A stretch of DNA of 22,953 bases from NCBI GenBank assembly GCA_040285745.1, contig JAUFOR010000005.1, positions 744,001-766,953 on the forward strand, in the 5' to 3' direction. Position numbers and translations under genes: made by a program. The stretch's first letter is position 1, and each line of letters opens with the position of its first letter. The DNA is from Barthelona sp. PCE. Its lineage: Eukaryota. The notes beneath the pieces are model-generated. The model was not told where the DNA came from. It was given only the letters and a program-made list of their open reading frames with translations, and did not search any database. Of the stretch, positions 18,881 to 22,953 are shown in pieces.

Positions 18881-21800
18881 TCAGACTCTACGCCTGCTCC
18901 TTGCTGCCCTCATAATGTTCTTCATAGCATAAGCGTGAAAAGCAAATAGATGGTAGCTAAGACCTTTTTTAAGTTTCGTTCCACTGGTCTTAATTGATTG
19001 CGACGTTGATCTCTCGTTCAACGACTCGAGCACCTGTTCCCACGACGTGTAAGCTAGCTCGAAATTGTATTTCTCGCGTGCCTTCGACGTCGGTTCCCAC
19101 AACATCGGATCCCAAATGGCTCCTCCGTGCGCAACGGCCATAATCTTGACCGGCGGGTCATCAAAGTTTTGTACTTATTTAGCTTCTTGTAAAAATAGGC
19201 TGCACGTACGTGACCTCGATCTTTGCTCGTGAACGGCGATGTAGTCATAACATCCACCACAACCTTGGGTCCGCTTGCTTCCAGTATTGCAAAATCTGGT
19301 CGCTTACGTTCTTTCCGATTGGGGCACGACTCACCACTTTCGTACCGTTCATGTGTCCAACCCAATTGTACACGATGTATGTCACTGTACTCCTCAAACT
19401 TTCTTTTAGGAATTGGCTTATCCAAGTTGAAAATATGAGCATTTCCTGATTTTCGAACAGTATCAACTGTTTTCTCAAGAATGTTGTTGTGCAGTTTGAC
19501 GACAAGACCGTGATTTTTTTGAACAAGAATAATGATGACTTCTTCTGTCCAAAACCTTCTCTCCACAGAAGTTGCACCGCCCAGAGGCGTACATTTCGCG
19601 AAGTTCAGGGAACAACAATTGGTATATACCGGCTAAAGCATAACCAAACATGTAACGCTCATCAAACATTGAATGAATATTGGCAACTGACCTTTGGGGC
19701 CATGTGGCGACGGTAGCATCGAGTGACCAGGCAACAGAACGCTGAGACATCAAGGCGTCTCGGGATATAAATGATTCTGGATGGAAACGACAATGTTTGA
19801 TCGCATAATCAAACAATTCGAAAAAACGTTTTGTGAGAATGTTTTGTAGTTTGCTTTTTTTGACGCACAATATTAGTAGCCATACTGATCTCAACATCGT
19901 ACGACTCCATCTGAGTGTGCTGCCCATAGTTTACGGCAAGCCACAGTAAATTTGAAGCAAATTCATGCTTTGTTTCACTGTTAAGAGAAACTGCTTCCAC
20001 AAGTTTGTGTTGGCAATCCTCATCTTGGTAATGAGCATCCGGCATAAAGTAGGGTTTGTTATCTTTGTCATAGTTGAATCTAGCTGCGGCCAAATAACGT
20101 GGGCTAAGCCTAGTGAAATCCGACCACTCAATCAAATTGAAACGCTTGATTGAGCTACTTACCGAAGCGGTACTTGCCAAGTCAGCTATTTTGTGGAGAA
20201 ACACAAAGTCTAGACAACCAGTCCCACCAAGAGACAAAGGATAACGGAGAGTTGGAGCTTCATCGATCGATAACTCATCGGCTCCAGGAATCATCTCAAG
20301 AAGTAAATTCTGTTTGATGGTCCTTTCCATATCATCAACTGCATCTTCAGTGAGAGTCACCGAGCGTACGTGATGAATGAGCATCTGATCAATCGACATA
20401 GAAGCAAGATACTTGAACAAAGCTGTCCCTGGACTTATATACTCGAGAAGTTGTTTGACGCCATTGCTAAATCTTGCGCATGCATGACTAACATTAAAGT
20501 CGCCAATCTGAGTACCTAACAATTGATAAAAGCTAAGCTTAAGTTGTGGGTAGCGATGTTCTCTTGCTCTTCACCTCTTGGAAATATCCTTGAAGCGAAA
20601 GCAATACTCCCGGCTCCATACCCCACCAGCTCACACTTCTCAGCATTCACTTTCAGGTTATAGAACTCGAGCTTACCCTTGATTACATCAAAGGTTGACA
20701 TGACAGTTGATGGTTCACCAACAATATAAATATCGTCAGCATACGCGTACATATTGACTGAATCTGGGGCTACGGCTTTCGTATCCTTCAACACTTCAGC
20801 AATAAGAAGAGCAAACAACAACGGAGACGTTGCGTTACCCTGTAACACGCCCATACAACTATCAAAAAGGAAGGCGCTCTCCATTCGACCAAATCGGAAT
20901 TGGCCTTTTGCACATCTGATGATATGCTTGGAAGCACCAAGGAGCATGTGCAGCGACAATATGCAGCAGCTTGTCACGACGAACGCTGTTGAAGGCGTTA
21001 GCAATGTCAATAACAAGAGCAACATTACGATCACTTCGCTTTAGATTGACATCAACGAGGTTTGCGACCAGAGCAGTAGCATCCCGCATCCCAGCACCGA
21101 ATTGTTTGTGTTTAAACAAGTACTTTTTGACACGTTCAGACTGAAACTTCAGATCTTGACTCGCGATGATCTTATCAGCGATACCACCGAGTGCAGAGGC
21201 AACTGCGATGGGGCGTACAGGCATATGCTCACCCTCTTGAAGCTCCTCCACATGCTTTTTTGTTAAGAGCAATTAGTCGGATATTCCAAAGGGCCCACGG
21301 GCGCGATCCGAACGCATAATCATTGATAACTTGAGTAAAAGCATCCATGTAGCGATCGTTACGATAGATTTCAGCCACAAATAACTTAAGTAAATATGGC
21401 ATCACTCCATCGGCACCGGCAGAAATGTACTTTTTGACTTTTTTGGTGGTCTCATACACCATATCTTTCGATATTATGAATTCCTCAGGGTCCCACTCAC
21501 CTCTCTTGAAAGAACTCATGGTTTCGCGCAGAATCGCATCAGAAACTGGTGCACTGACTGGATGCTTTGATTGCATCTGTTCCAGCACGTTAGTATCTGA
21601 TAAAGGCATGGTACCTTGACTCTTTGCTAGCCTTATGGCCTTTCCTGGTTGGTTGGCGTCTGCGTACTTCTTCATACGAAGGCTTACAGACTCCCTAGAC
21701 TCAACGGATGGCTGATTGGAACGTTGCCTCGGCGTCTTACCAAAACATAGCGCAGAAGCTGCAACTATTAGAGCCTCGCCTATACATCGTTGAGACTCAC

Positions 21801-22953
21801 GTAATGGAGTATTCCGTATTAACAAACCAATCTTCAGGACACAGAAATATAGCTTTCTTGATTTCTTATCACCAATTAAATTATCTTGGTTCTCGATAAC
21901 TTTCTGAAAAACAAACTCATTAAAAACTTCTAGAGCATCGTCTTTGTCTAGGTCTGGTCGTAAAGAATGTAGAGCCAGGACCCCGGACAATTTGTTGACA
22001 AACTCCTTGATTCTCACAAGTGTTTCAATATTACCGCTCTGCCACTGAGGCAATCGCGGTGGATTAGCGCAATAAGCGCCCAGAAGTTCTCCAAAGAAAT
22101 CTTCAGCAACTCTTCTCTCAGCAATTTCGCTATTACCGTCAGTTGCACAAAGTCGATTGAATCGGACCAGCGGGTCGTACAGTAAAATGGGGAAAGTGTA
22201 TTCCATACGAGAACTTGAAACTGGGTATGTAACATTGCTCATAATAGGAGGAGCTTGGTTGGTAACACTGCTCGTAACAGGAATTGAAGGCGTCGGGTTA
22301 GTATCTACCGGGTCAACATCCAATGTATGTGACTGTGACTGGTTCCGGTTAACCAATGCTGGCGCTCCAACTTCTTGGAAGACAGAATCATGCGATTCTG
22401 GATCACTTTCCACCTTAAAAATATGACTGAGTAGAGGAATCATTCTACTACTAAAAAAATGGGAAGAGCTCGTACAAGTTTCTACTTCCATTAAATTCCA
22501 AACAGGCCTTGATAAACGCAAACATCACGAAATAGAAATTATCCGTGAACGGTTCTACATTCTGCCAATGATAAACATTCTGGCCACGCGAGTCCATTCT
22601 GAATTTCATACAAGACACACTTCTAACGAAATTGATTGCTGCCGGATGTAAAATCCTGCAACGCTCATCTTCCTTTTCCTCAGAAGCGACACGCCTTATA
22701 GTGTCATCCAAATGTGTGAATCTCTCGTCTCCAAACTTCTCATTGATAGCATGTACAATCTCGTTTGCATCAACGCCAGTGCTGCATACTTTCAGGATAG
22801 CATGTGCAATAACGAGTTGTCCTCGTGTACCTGGGCTTGAAAGACGTACACCAACGGTTTCCATCTTCTCACCTTCAATACTGCGTAAAGACAACCAATC
22901 TGCGTCAGTGCACAAGCCACTCCACTGATCATGAACATTTTGTCGAATTATTT
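18881..22953 (-). pseudogene. Single RT-RLE polyprotein ORF (>1350 codons, open to window edge) interrupted by seven frameshifts
   Basis: Eight overlapping minus-strand ORFs tile collinearly into one protein. Every junction contains an A/T homopolymer, and no nonsense codons are needed to explain the breaks. It may be intact in vivo. Confidence 0.8.

Larger units (their letters stand above)
18220..22953 (-). mobile_element. Non-LTR retrotransposon with restriction-like endonuclease (R2 superfamily, CRE/SLACS-like); 5' end outside window, 3' boundary uncertain
   Basis: Domain order is RT, CCHC, RLE. RT: SAGADG, RLIALNK..VRPIAV, QFGAG, IDIANAFNSVRR, GVLQGNATSPLLF, YADD (20732-20743), LGTQIG, PLSLGGTG. 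Zn finger: CNFC..HHYSC..LHN. RLE: RPDF (RPD at 19294-19302)..VVVDV..K..KY. Confidence 0.92.

Noticed and set aside
20862-22460. Euplotes-style programmed +1 frameshifting at TTT-TAG / TTT-TGA
   Set aside because: This fits some junctions, but two need -1 shifts. At the CCHC and KY junctions, motif continuity places the shift at homopolymers well before the stop.

Overview
AT-rich, gene-dense eukaryotic (protist-like) DNA with very short intergenic gaps and no obvious introns. The left two-thirds hold the 3' end of a BEACH/WD40-FYVE (WDFY3/ALFY-like) gene, a basic coiled-coil gene and a predicted tail-anchored protein gene. They also hold about six divergent members of an apparently lineage-specific, beta-propeller-like family that all start M-P-R/Q and share a C-terminal motif. 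Two of these are close paralogs with a 204-bp identical tract. The right third is an RNA/retroelement cluster: (i) two tandem copies of an unrecognised, highly structured RNA-like element with compensatory base changes, the second carrying a self-folding ~257-nt expansion; (ii) tRNA-Leu(CAG) and tRNA-Pro(CGG); (iii) a minus-strand CRE/R2-superfamily non-LTR retrotransposon (RT, CCHC finger, restriction-like endonuclease). The retrotransposon ORF is broken by seven frameshifts, each with an A/T homopolymer in the junction, and its hairpin-array 3' region runs up to the tRNA-Pro terminator. All calls come from manual reading; no database searches were run.
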